A stretch of DNA of 64,000 bases from contig OZ176055.1 in assembly GCA_964247055.1 (NCBI GenBank), forward strand, positions 7,378,001-7,442,000. Direction: 5' to 3'. This stretch comes from Paragordius varius. Lineage: Eukaryota; Animalia; Nematomorpha. The notes beneath the pieces are model-generated. The model saw only the letters and a program-made list of their open reading frames with translations, ran no database searches and had not been told where the DNA came from. The stretch's first letter is position 1, and each line of letters begins with the position of its first letter. Below, in pieces: positions 1-14,100 of this stretch. Position numbers and translations under genes: made by a program.

Positions 1-1866
1 ATAATTAGCAAAATATAAATGTAATGTTATCTAATTTTATAATTAAAAAATTATGAGGCTATGCCCAAAAACCAATTGTTTCATTTATACAAAATTGTTG
101 CCTTAGCATACACAAATTTTTATTAATTAAAATTATATTTTAAATATCTGATTTTCCATTCTCGCTTTACTTTGTAAATGTCGAACCTTAATAAATCACT
201 GACTTAAAATTTATCTATTTACTAATATGTTTGATTACAAAAATATTTTATATGGGAAATTCCCAAAAACAGCTAACATCGTGAACCACAAATTTTTCTG
301 ATTGTGAAGATTGGTGACATCCTTTAATAAAAAATGCGAAAATTAAAAAAAAACCATATTTTAAATTAACAAATAATCATTATTTTTTAATATATGTATA
401 AATTTGATTTTTAAAATTAACCTTCTTTCTTACATTAGATTACGATCCCTGAAAATGTTGGGATTATTAAATATTTTGGTGGTTACGGACCCCATCCATA
501 AACAAACATAGGCTGGAATGTTTGTTTCTATTCTATTTACTTTATTAATATAATATACTAATTAAATTAACAAATGCACACTCTATTGAATACAAATTAG
601 TATAATTTTTTTTTCAAAAATTCAATTTATAAATTTTAATGTAGTTCAATTTATTATTTGGCACGGGGCATATTTATTATGTATTCATATTTCATATATT
701 TAACACATTTCGACAAAAATGGGGGTCTTAAATAAATGTTTTGAATTGTATATTATTCGATAGCCGAAACCTGCATTAAATGAATATTGAAATGATTTAT
801 GCGGTTAAAATACTCGAAAAGAAGCTTTTACTTTTCTACTATTAGCCCAACACAAAAAAATTGCTTCATATTAGGTGGAATTGAAAAAATTTAACATAAC
901 AAAATATTGTTAATATTTACCAGATAACATTAAACGCAAAATGTAACTGATCTACATTTTTTGAAAAGATTAAGTAATCCCACTTTGAGGTCATATTGAA
1001 CCAAATATAACTTTTTTGGAAAATTTTTTAAAATATATTTTATATACACAATGTCCACATTTATGCTGAATTATTCATTAATTTTGGTTAATACAAAATA
1101 TTAAAATTAAACTGTTTTTTCCTTGTACTTGTTTATGGACAAAATTTGTTTTAAAACACACACTCATCAACAATATGTGAATGAGCCAACTTATAAATGT
1201 GCATACTGTATTATCCTATAAAGTTAAAGTTTACCCAATATATCGGGTTTAAAAAATAAGCCTTATAGAAAAAGAGAAATCTCAGACCAAGTTTGCTTCT
1301 TTGAATAAATATCTATTAATCAGTACTGTCTTGATAGGGGTATTCAGTCTTTCGGGAGAAAATTTTATTTCCATCCTTATAAATCTTTCTTTCCCCTGGT
1401 CTTCCTCTCACCTTTTTATCAATTCTTAGTTTCAAATATAAAACTTCTATCCTTGAAAAGGTTAAATGTTTCTCAAGTAGACATACATCCCACCCTTCAA
1501 GAATTTTCGTTCAAATAGTAATTAGCATATAATTTTTACCAAACATCCATCATTTGCAAAATAAATATTTTTATCTACGCACTATCATGCGAAAAAATTC
1601 TAATAATTTACCAGAAGATTCTGTCAATCTTTTTTATAAACATACTCTATACAATTTTTTTTGTTTAGATTTCTGTATTTGTATAAAAACAATTTATTTG
1701 ATGGTTTCAAATAAATTGTTTTTAATACGATTATAATATCCTTTGATTATGCTGCTTGACTAATATATGGCTGCCAAATATGGCTGAGTTTCGTTAATGA
1801 TATCATTTTCTATTTTTCATTAAAGTTTTAAAAAATTTTATGTTTTGGGTCCTGCTTTAAGGTTTG

Positions 1867-1902
<36 letters not shown>

Positions 1903-2171
1903 AGATATTTTATGCAGGCCGCAGCTTAGTGCCATCCTATTTTTTTTAATATCCAGTAATATTATTTGCACAGTTTACTCCAATAACATCGTAACTTATC
2001 TATTTCAAGAGAGAGAGAGAGCCAACCTTCATATAAAAAGTAATTAGTTTTTCAAAAAAATCAGTCTGGAATATAGCGTGCGCAACACCATTTATTAAAA
2101 TGTTTCCGAAATATATTTTAAAAAATATATAAATAAGGCAAGCAAAATAATGAACTAAATCCAATTATATC

Positions 2172-2175
<4 letters not shown>

Positions 2176-2215
<40 letters not shown>
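2176..2215. repeat. (TA)n microsatellite
   Basis: About 20 TA units. Others occur at about 1869-1898, 3815-3836, 10824-10852, 54270-54295, 57041-57058 and 57161-57190. Confidence 0.95.
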
Positions 2216-2216
<1 letters not shown>

Positions 2217-3135
2217 GAAACCATTTAAAATCTTCATTAATATTCATGAGGTTTTTATTAATGCACAGGACCGCAATTAAAATGATAAATAAGTCTTTTG
2301 CTTTTTTTGTTCGTTTAAAATTTATTATTTTATCAAATATATTGTGTTAATTTAATTTACCTTAAATTCATTTATAGTTAAACAAAATATTTTTATGTCT
2401 TTTTGTTAAATTAGTCACGAAACGTCTGCGCCGCTTATATTAAAATTCATTTTTCAAACCCTGAAACTCAACTTAAATCAAATTAAGAGTTTAAAATGCA
2501 TTCATTAGTCATTCCATTATAAAATCCATGACAATATTTTAAAATTTGCAAAGATTGTTGGAAATTTGGCATTTTTAAATAAAATTTAGATTAACTGGGA
2601 TTATTATATTTAAAACACTTTTAAATTTAGACTCTGATAAACAGATGAAAATAATATATCCACCGTTTTTAAAATAAAAATCGGGCAGTAAGGCCTATCT
2701 CAAGTTGGCGGAATAACTAAATTAATTTGAAATGAATACTTTTAACCATTGCAAAATTGTAATTAATAATTTAGTTCATAAAAAAAATTTGTTTTGAATA
2801 TTTATGCCTTCTTAGTTTTTGTCCATATTCTGATATACCATTATTTATCATTAGGCTATTGAGTTTTAAGTATGCAGCAAGCTTGTATATATACCATTTC
2901 TCAGTCACCACACTTTTTCAAGGAAATGCATTCCATTTAATGGAACTAAGAATGTTGCCTTTGTCTGAAAAATGGTATATATGGCAAATAAAATTAATAT
3001 TACTGCCTTGTCAAACTTACAACATGTCAACTTATTTGATGCATAAAATATACACTTCGGCTAAATTTTAGCAAAGGAGATACCACACAAATTTTGGTTA
3101 ACAATAACTCGAAGCTTAAAAGTTAACGTAAAAAT

Positions 3136-3334
3136 CAGAGGCGTAGCTTGCATTTCTGGCACCCCTTCCCCTCAACCCTTGCGTTTTAAAAAAATAATAT
3201 TCAAACCGTATTCATAAATGGGTTATTTTTTAATGTCTTATTTAAAATAATTTAAATATGTATTTTTTGAAATATTTTTTTTTAAATCCGACACCCCTTC
3301 AACTATGACGCCTCCCCCTTTAGCTACGGCTCTG
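3136..3334. mobile_element. hAT-like MITE (about 200 bp)
   Basis: TIRs CAGAGGCGTAGCT / AGCTACGGCTCTG (1 mismatch); flanking 8-mers GTAAAAAT / ATAAGAAT (6/8). Confidence 0.6.
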
Positions 3335-5899
3335 ATAAGAATCCTTAAAAAATATGGGTCTTTTATATAATTTTGAAGCGTTTAATATATTTGCGGTTTA
3401 TTTTCATAAATAATATTTTCGGATTTTAATTTTACCGAATATCAACCATTATTTATAATATAAGCATTACATTTATTTATTTACCCTTATAGAGGGAAGT
3501 TAATTATAAACACACAGATTAACATAAATTTGTATAAATAAATACCGAAATAAAAAAGAGTTTTATACAGGTACAATAATTTCTATGTGTTATCTCCGTT
3601 TTTGAACGTAATAAGGATAATATGGGACGTCCATCCTTTTCCCAAATCTCAATGGCATTTGATTTCTTTTGTAATCTCTTTCTGCTAAAAATATTATTTT
3701 CAAATACCATATTAAATCATCTAAATCCAACAAAGTGTAGAAAGAGTATATTCTTTAATACGCCTAAAGTTATGGCCGAATTAACAAAAAAAATGTAATT
3801 CACTAAAGAATTTTATATATATATATATATATATATAAGTATGTATAAATTTTTAAATAATTTAAAGATTTTCGGTGAAAAAATATAAAGTATAGGTATT
3901 TATATTACCAAATTGAAAGCCTTCATTGCCCCAAATAAACTTGCAACTCAAAATTATTATTAGCAAAACTCCCATAGAAGCAAAAGCCATATTAAAATTC
4001 ATTCTTATCCGGAATCTTTGGGCTAAATTTTATTACGAAAATAAATTGATTTGTCCTATAGTTGAAAATTTAATTAAAGAAATATTTATTTTAAAAAATA
4101 TAAATTTGAAGTAAAAATATAGGGTTTTCTTCAATTATTAAGCTTAGAAACCGCGTGTTAGGAAAACCCAACACACTAATTAATCAATATGTGATGTTAC
4201 AAATACTCCAAATATAAATAATTTAAGTATAAACAGATCTTAATATGCAAAATTTGTGGATGAATTGGGTTGGAAATAACATTTAAAACTTACTATTTGT
4301 AGCGTGAAAATAGTTACTTCGGGTTTTATGATTTCGAATTTGTTGATGTGGAAAATATTTAAAAAAAACACAGAAAGAATTCGAATTAGTAAAGTATAGC
4401 TTAAAAAGTGGCCTTTTATATAACAACGAGGTTGTGGTCCAAAAAACGCCGAAAAAAAAACAAATTAATTTAGGAAACGGTATAATATCTATATAATTAT
4501 ATATTAATATTAATATCGTGGATGGTTGGTTGTTCAAAACAATAAATATAGGAAAAAGTTTTTAGTTAGGTTAGCGTTGTGCTTATTACTTCCAAAAACA
4601 AGGCGCGCGTAAAATTGGAAAATATAAAATTATAAAGCAATGGATGCATTTAAAAAGCTTAAATCATTGTATAAGTATATATGGTGAAAATATGTTGCAT
4701 ATATTAATATAAAAATAAATGCGTCAATTGTGTGAAACTGCCTAATTAACCCTTTTAAAATTATGCTTTTTGCAAACAAAAGGTGTTTAAAGGAAGTGAA
4801 AATTACAATAATGGATTTAAAATATTCAATTATCGCAAAGCTTATTTAATTTTGGGCAAACTTTGGTCTATTATGCGTCTGAGTTTAGCGGTTTTTACAA
4901 ACACTATTTTTAACCACAAAGAAATAATAGTAATGTAATAACGGAAGCATTGCATATAACTATTATTATATTTAAATTATGTAAAAACTTTTAAAATGGT
5001 CGGCAATAGGGAAAGATAGAGATTGGCTATGCAGATGCAGTTTTTAGCTTTTAATTGGTGAATAAATATATATTCAAGATAGATTTTAAAAAAAGTAGGT
5101 TTAGACATGAATCTAAATTCTGTTGCCAGCGTTCCTACCATCCATTGATTAATTTCTTAACAAATGGATTTCAACATAGCCTAAACAATTTCTCTTTTGT
5201 AACTAATTTTAATTGTCATATGCATTTTCGACGTAAAAAGTAGCAAAAAAAAATTTTAATTGGATTAATTAATGCCTTTTTCCTAGATAAAAGAATTTAG
5301 ATGTTTAATGAATACAGAAAACGCTAATGCAACACCTTTGACACCAAAATAATAATAATAGATGTGAATGCGGAAGGCATGAATGGGGAGGAGAAAAATT
5401 TTAACAAAAAATATCGTCTAAATATTGTTAGCATAACTTTATATTTTACATTTTTTTTAAAAAAATCCTAAATATAATAAATAAAATAAGGTAAGAAGAT
5501 GTTTCCTTACAAGGTTCACAAATTTGAGATGTGCATAATGTAAAATCACAATGATTACGATAATTTTTAAAAATTTAAATTTTACAATCTTATTTTATTA
5601 TTTTTAGCCAATAGGTTATTGATTAAATTTTTTGATGTGAAGCTATAAATTTATATTTTTTAGCAGCTTATGACTATTGTATCTATAAACCGCAAATATG
5701 CGATGATAATTTATAAAATAGGGCTAAAATTGAAAATTATGGTATAGTTAGAAGGTTAAAATTTAGTGATTATTTTAAATATTTATTTCTCTTGATACTG
5801 ACTTATTCATCTGCTAATTTTTAATCTTAATCTGTTTTTGTAAAAACAAACGTTGATGTTGATTGAATCGACAAATATACCACTAATAGAAGTCATCAG

Positions 5900-6775
5900 C
5901 GAAAATTATACGGAGGATTATGATACAGATATCATTTCATTCATCTGACATTCGAACCATAACCATAAACAACCAAAATTTGAGTCCACCAAAATATATC
6001 ATCTTATTTTTATATATCAAGAATAATGCCGATTGCGCCTGAAAAAAAATTTGCGGTACGCTTTGCCATCAGAACAAGGCTGTTAATATTTATCGTTTGG
6101 TGGCTAAAATTTACATGTATCACAAAAAAAATGGACGTGTCTTGTTATTGAAACCAATAAACGCAAAATGCGTCCTACCAAGGAATGTAACAAAAATCGC
6201 AAAAAGGCTTGTGAAATCCTGCTTCAGCGTAACAAAAAAACATGTTTGCATTGAATTGGGATGGTTGAAAAGAAATGGCCTAACGTCATACCAAATCGAA
6301 AACATTGTTGTTTTCACCCTTTAAACCGGTCCATCAACACCAATGCCAAATTTCAAAAAGACTGATCATCTGGTGGGACAACGATATTGGATATTAGAAA
6401 CTTTTTGAAACCCGAGGAAACCAGTAGAAACGCTGTACTCAACAAACAATCAATTACAATGCATTAATTGAAAACTAGCGGAATTGGCCAGAAAACATGG
6501 CAAATTGATTAGCTACAAGATGCTCTACCTAGCACAGCATAACGAGTGAAAGAAATGATAAAATCTTTTTGATGGGATTTTTCGCACCATCTGAACTCTC
6601 CTGTTGTGGCGTTATTTACAAATTTGCATCGTGGAGGACACTTTATGGCATTCATTTATTACTAAACCATATGGAAATGTTAGGCCATTTTAAAAATTAA
6701 ATTGGTTGCCTTTCAAATTCACAATTTGTTAAATATAGGTAAAAACACTGATTGCATCTAGCATATCTATGAATA
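5900..6775 (+). mobile_element. Degenerate mariner transposon relic
   Basis: Interrupted frames resemble the mariner transposase: GPSTPMP, ELARKHGKLI, RVKEMIKSF*W, HHLNSP. Homologous to the 11.5-12.6 kb copy; many stops and frameshifts; boundaries approximate. Confidence 0.65.
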
Positions 6776-8465
6776 TATATAAAAAAATAAGCATCGATGA
6801 ATGAGTAACCTATACAGAATATTGTTCAAAGAACCATTTTTTATATAGATTTATAAGAAAGGCGGTCAATGAGGCCATTTAGCTTTAACTTTGCTGCTAG
6901 GTTTAAAAGTTTGCTTAAGGTTTTCTAGAGATTCGTTAGGACAATACAGATATTCTCTTAGCATGGTAACAAAATATTTTTTTGGATAACATTAAAATTT
7001 ACCAATAAAAAGCTGAAATTTGATATTTTCATCGTTATATGTTTGTAGGAAATAATCAATTTATTTTTTTGTAGTTAATATCATTTATGTTCATAACTTA
7101 TATACCTTCAACCAATGATTTTTTTTAATAAAAAATTTAATATGTGCAAAATTATTTTTAGATTAATTTATAATTACTTAGGGACTTCTTATTTTGTATA
7201 AATAATTTTGGTGTCCTTGAAAAAAATCTCAAATTATGATTAATTTTTATTAGATTCATACGTGTGCACAAATGTGCATTATTTAATTATATTGAAAAAT
7301 CGTTTTTTCAACAATAAATTTAATTAAAAAATAATAGTTATTTAATTCGTCAACAATAACTTATAATCCCTCAAGAAAAAGAAATTTAAATACTTAGGAA
7401 TATCAGAGAAAACTTAATATTTAATTAAAACAAGCTTTGAGTTAATTTATTTTTTGAATATAAAATTATTTAAAAACTTAAGCCTATACCAAAATAAATT
7501 ATTATTTTATTAATATAAAAATAGAAATTAAGTCACATCAGCATTATGGTGGCTAAATCATCATAAATTATTTAAAAGCATACATATACAGTAGCGTATA
7601 GGGTAAAAAATATTGTGTCCATAATTGATAAATGGAATTTATGTTATAATTTAGGGGATCTGGCAACCCTTTGTAGTTTTTTAGCATCCATTACTGTATG
7701 ATAAATTAATTTGCTTTTAAACCAAAATTAGCTCGCTTTTATTTGTAAATTATGTTAAATAGATGTAGGAATAATTTAAAAAACAATTACCTACTTTGTG
7801 CATTTATTTAAAAACGTTATGATAAAAACTTGTGGACGTGTTTTAGGCAGAGTGACAGTATATACATATTTTTTTGGCAATACTTAAAAAAACTAAATGT
7901 TTAATCACAATGTTGATTATTTAGATTGCAACAAACAGCCCGTATACAGAATACAGTACAGATTTTCAAATGCTTAAGAATTTTTACACTTTGATCACTG
8001 CTGTTTTTAACTTTCTTTTTTATATAAATCATACCAAGGGGTAAATAATTTTATTTGAATGGTCATTATATATCATAACTTTCACCGTTATTTGAATTGT
8101 ATTATTTTTTATAATATCTCATTTTTACAAAATATAGTTTATATAGAATTAGCCCTAAGTAAAAAAATAAAATTTGAAAAATTTCTATTTGGTTAGACAA
8201 AAGGTTATTTTGCTCAAGGTATTTTCACAGTAAAATGCAGTATAAAAAATTTTTTGAAGATGGAAACTAAATAACATAGAAACTTTATTAGCAAATTATG
8301 TTATATTTGGCCTGGAGTACGACAGATGCAGGATTTTAAGGGCAATATCTATTTAACTATACGTTATATAAAACTGTGTTGCAACGAATCCACCATTAAG
8401 AATAGCTTTTACTATTTTTGCTGGACCTAAAGGAACAAAATTAAACAAAAAATCAGATATTAAAC

Positions 8466-8731
8466 CAGGGCATTCGAAACAAATGGCTTCTCGGCCGCAA
8501 TGTAGTTGGAAAAACCCGAAGAGCCGTATTCACAAAATGTATGGGCACTAATAAAATAATTTTTTGGATTTTAAACATAAAACTGTTCATAAATTACGAA
8601 AACACTAAAACTATTTATTTAAACTTTTTTTGCTTCTCAAAACTTGGAAAGCCGTATTTTACTTACCGCTTTTTCGTAATAGCATTCTTTTGATAATAAA
8701 ATTTAATGGTATTTCTCGCTGGAAACCCCTA
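8466..8731 (-). mobile_element. hAT-like MITE family B, degenerate reversed copy
   Basis: CAGGGCATTCGAAACAAATGGCTTCTCGGCCGC is the reverse complement of the family end motif GCGGCCCGCGAAGCCATTTGTGTTGGACACCCCTG. Confidence 0.5.
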
Positions 8732-10821
8732 TAGCCTCTCAACATAAAAAAAAAAATTTTATATTTTAAATATGAGTATACAGTCGAGCTATTATCTCAT
8801 CAGTTCCCCAAAACTAAAAATCAGTGTTTTGTAATAATTTATATAAATTCGTGCATAGAACAACACTATACAATATTTCTATGATGTTTAAATTTTATAA
8901 GTTGGCAGATTATAGTCTTATAGATTAGGATTTTGTGTATCCTCATGGTGACATATTGTATCACAAAACACAAGAGAAATAAAACTTTTCACAAAATTGC
9001 TGGTTAACATAAAGATTGGGCAAAATATATATATCGATGGTATAAAATATTCTGATTCTTTGTTGATATATGATTAAATCATTATACCTAGTAGGATCGG
9101 TTCTATTATCCTCACATTATTTCTGGAAAAAAATTGGCCCCCTCTTTATTATTTTATCAGTAATTGGTTATGATATAATTTAACAATATTCATTAAATTA
9201 TGATTTAAAATCTTGATCCTGACTATTTAAAGTGTATATCACGCCAAAATATTTTAGCATATAAATTAATATTTGTCTTAACGTCGATGATATTTTTTAA
9301 TATAAAAAATTAGATTGGAAGATTCTTATGGAAAATGCAAATAATGATATTTTTATCTCTATTAACATATATTAATTAAATTTTATAGGGTTACCAGATT
9401 GATATGTATATATAAACATATAATATACCAAGGGTTGCAATTTTTAAGCTTTTCTTTTTATTCTTGACTTGAAAAGCGTTATGACTGAATTAATTTTTAA
9501 AGGAAAAAACCAATTATTTCTAGAATATTAATATTTAATCGATTCAAATTAATAAGCTAAAATAACATAAATATAAATTTGTTTTCAAGTTTAAAAACCT
9601 ATGGATGATTTTACGTTGTTATCATAAATTATTTATCCATAACTGTCATATATGAGATGTTTTATATACAAAAAATTCTTGATTCCTGATTTTATAGCAA
9701 AGTAATAGGGAGGAGTCAAATTAAAATCTAAAAATTAATTAATAATTTATAGAATGAGAATCAGAATTTGTTATATGCTTGTAATTTTGACATATATGAA
9801 GTATCGTATCCAATATAAATAATTTATGCAATTGCATTTTAGCAAATTTTGCAGTTACAAATTAATAAACAGCCTGTTTCCTAAAAAATGTAGGTTCATA
9901 CATATACTGGCTGTTAAATTAAAACACATTTGATTATTTGAATGAATTGGGATATATACATATCAATATATGGTTTACAAATAATTTCAAACTCTTGGTA
10001 AATTTAATAAAACTCATTAATATTATAAACATGCGGGAATCCCACTTAATTTTTATCCGAAAACGTAGATATTGGTTCTACATTAAAATCATAGTTTTTA
10101 AAAACCTCCATACATAACTGATAATTAACATTGCAAAAAGTGTATAAATATATTTTTTTATATAGTTCTTCTTGTTGAATCCATCTATTACATCGATATT
10201 TTTGATCTTGCAATAACATAAACCAAGTTCAAGGCAAATTGGAATTTTTAAGGATAGTCCTATCAATTTACAAAGTGTTTGTGTGCTCCAAAACATGCTT
10301 CACCAAATTTGATAAAATCTTAACGTAGAAAATGCCTTTCTACGAAAAACTGATTTTACTGTATTAATGCATATATTAGGATTTAATATCGAACAGTCTC
10401 AGCTTTATTCGTTCACTTAAACTGCCGATGGTATCGACGTTTGGATTAACATATACTAATATTTTATGTTTAAAATATAGCTAATAAATTATTTTATTAG
10501 AGTACAATAAAATTAAGATTGATTGCGCAATTTTATTAATATCTTAACAATTTAACCTAAATCTTGAAACCACAGAAAAGTCTTATAAAAAAAATTAAAA
10601 AAATCGATATAAAATTAAAGTGGATTAAATTTTTTGGTTGAATGGGATTCACAACTTGTCCGTTGTGTCTGGTAAATTATTTGGCCAAATTCATGATGTA
10701 TGATGACATTTATTTGCAAAATACAAATATATTATTATATATCATAAATTTATATATCGTGTTTTGATTAAATTAGGATACGTACGTTTCTTGTGATTAA
10801 ATTAAAGATATAGATGATATA

Positions 10822-10857
<36 letters not shown>

Positions 10858-11163
10858 TATAAATTAGGTTTTCCTGAGTGTCAAAGAAGAAAATCGAAAA
10901 TTAAAAAGTGCACAATAGCTAAGTTAAAACATTTTTTTTAATATGGTGGCGTTTAGATTAAATACGAAAGTTTATAAATGTAATTAATATAATGCTTTCA
11001 AGAGTAATGTGATGAAATTTTATTATAAATAGCCATAAAAATTTAGTTTTCGCTTTCGATTACAGTTCTGTCATATATGTGTGGTTTCAATCAGTTTCTA
11101 AGATTTTCTTTGAAAAGTCTTTTGAAAAATTTAATTCTAAAGTAAATAGGCCAAGACCACACA

Positions 11164-14100
11164 TCAAAGGGAATCCAAATCTAGCGAAGAGTATTCTTCA
11201 TAAAATGCCTAAGATTAAAAAATATATATATAAATAATCTCAATTTTAATTTAATTTATTATAAATGGATGAAGTTATAATCATATATATTATTATAACA
11301 TTTTATAATTCTTAAAAACGTCTAATTGCTATATTAATATGAAACCAAAGGTCCCAGAGGAATCTGAATTTCCAATAATTATAAAAGACATTGTAATAAC
11401 TAAACTTAGTATCTAATTAAATTATTGAGTTAGATACATTTATCAAAATCATTAAAGAATCGAGGATCAACAATATCTGGTCTAATCAGTCATAAGTTAT
11501 CGGTTTAACAAAGAGAAGATGCCATACAGACGATTAATTTACCACTACACTATTTTGTTCATCTAATATGCAAAGACACACAATTAATTCGCCAAAAGCG
11601 TTTTAATTTCATCATTCAGTAACCGAGGTCTCTACCTGAAAAAAAAATTTACGGCACGCATTGGTTTGCTTATTTGATCAAAAGAAAAATGCTGTTTAAT
11701 GTCATTTGCAAAAACATAGAGTCGGCATGTTTCATAGATTAAAACATGTAAAACGGTTTCGAAAATTATTTGTTATTTGAATGTGAATCGTAAAGCAAAG
11801 TTATTGGATAATGATTAAACTCTAACTCATCGGCAATCGATAAAAGTATTGCTTGTATCACATAACTAAACGTTTAAGAGCAAAGAAAAAATCAATAAAC
11901 TCGATAAATAGTCCCACACAATTAACGTCAAATTAAAAATCGCAAAGGAAACTGCTTAACCGTCAGGAAAGGATATTATTTTTGCGAATTTCAACGGGCG
12001 ATGGGAATTAGCTTTATTTTATAAATACAAACGGTAAAAATCCCTTACTTGCCAGGCCTGGCCATAAACACCAATGCCAGCTATAAGCCCATGCTAAGTG
12101 TTTTGGTTAAAAGAGCGGTATTTTGTACAATGGACTTTTGTCCGGTGAAACCGTGAATACAATGCTTTTGCCAACAATAAATAATTTATGCCAAGCATTA
12201 ATTGAAATACGAGTGGAAATCGGTGAGAAGACATGGCAAAGTCATTTTGCCACATTACAATGTCCCCTCCCACACAGCGGAACTAGTGAGTGACACCTTA
12301 TAATACTGTTTAAAGGAATTTCTTACGCATCCGCCATATTCTCCCGACCTAGCGCTATCTGACTATTACCATATAGCAACAATGGGGAGTAAAGAGCAGG
12401 TCTTCAAAAATTTTATAGATGTTAGAAAATGGGTTGCCAAATGGTATGCCGCAAAAGATAATAGTTTTTCCCGATAAGGCATCATACACTACCTGAGAGA
12501 TGGGCGAAATGTGTAGAAGCCAATCGACAATAATTTAATCATAATAAAATATTTATTTCCAAAACTACTAAAGACTTATGACTACACCTAATATATATCA
12601 ACATCTGATAAAAATGCAATAATTATGCTAAAATAGCAAAAATTGCAATTTTATAAAACATGTTACATACTGATATACATCAAAAATCTATTTTAGCAAA
12701 TTAACCAATTCCTTAACCCATTTTTTCTAGAAATTTATTCAAAGCATATAGAAAATAAATTAAAATTTCTTTTTGGAAAACTTCATCAAAATGCCAAAGA
12801 AACCTGAAATAAATCAATGCCTTGGGTTATGCTTGAAGTAGCAATCATTTCTCGTATGCTATGCATAGATAAAAGGGGTCCTCCCACATCAACTGTCGGC
12901 ACATTTAACAAAGCGGCCAATGTTGGGCCAATAGTGCTTCCAGATCGTAAATCATTACGTGTAACAAAATTCTATTTGATTTTAAACATTGTTTTATTGA
13001 AAAAAATATAAGGTATTTTATTGTGATTGCTAATACTTTGTAAAAATTATTGGTAGATAGTATATACACTAAAGAAAGAAAGAATCATTATTATTAGTTA
13101 AAAGTTAGAAAACGCAAAACGATACGTTCTTTCTTTTATGCACCAATATTAATTCGATATAACTCTTTGTAAATGCATATTTAATTAAATAAATAAATTT
13201 TACTTAAACTGTATTATAAATTGGTTTTTGAATAAAATTTTGTGGAAAAAATTTATTATAGTACATACTTGGAGTGTTATATTCCTTTTGTTAGCAATGT
13301 GCTTAAGAACTGAGGCCGAAATGGCTGATGTCGAATATTTTTGTCCAACGTGATATTTAAGGATAAAACCGCCGTCTAATGTGACCCGATGTGCATAATC
13401 ATGCTTTTCGCTAAAATTTATGTTAATATATTTTAGCAAAATATGATAAAAAAACTAATTTTAATATATACGGATAGTTTGGGTGAAACGCATGGCCCTG
13501 ATCTGCACTGATAAGAAAAGATCTTTCAAGAGCCCGTTCAAAAACATCCCCGTTAAATTTGTGAACTGGCTGAGTTGCATTACTTTTTTCAGAGATTGCT
13601 GTTTTTGTCGATTGAAGATTGCTTTGAAAAATTGGATTTTCAGCGATTCGACGTAACGTGGATCGTATAAAATTTGAAGCCGCCCCTTGAGAAGATTTGG
13701 AACCAACCTGGAGTTGCGTGTTTAAATAGGGCAAAAAAGGGATAAATATTTTAAGACAGGTATTAACAATCCATTAAGATTTGCATATTTTGGTTATAAA
13801 TTTTATATATTTTTACCAACAAAATATATACTTAGGAAGTAACAATATTTCATTTTTGCAATTATAAAACACTTAGTCATAATGTTGTTAATAAATTAAT
13901 AGAAAAATAACTACAAATCTATTGAAAAAATATATATATATAAACTTCTTCGTTATCAAACATGGCTAAGACACGGACATATTTTTCATTTTGAATGGAT
14001 GCATCATTGGTAGACAAAAGTCCCTAAATTAATATCAAATTATATGGAAATATAATTTCTACTCATTTAATTTAAAAATTCGGATAGTTATGACTAAGTT

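Noticed and set aside
1260-1520. Minus-strand reading ...KKVRGRPGERK, like an RTE C-terminal GRP motif
   Set aside because: A single short motif with no other RT landmarks.
10078-10296. 72-aa hydrophobic ORF
   Set aside because: No recognisable domain or splice context; hydrophobicity is expected from AT-rich codons.
12786-12803. DNPEP ending as FQVSLAF* at 12786
   Set aside because: A better-matching terminal exon ([14 protein letters not shown]) with a TTAG acceptor lies at 11164-11208, and CAG|GTTTCT is an in-phase donor.
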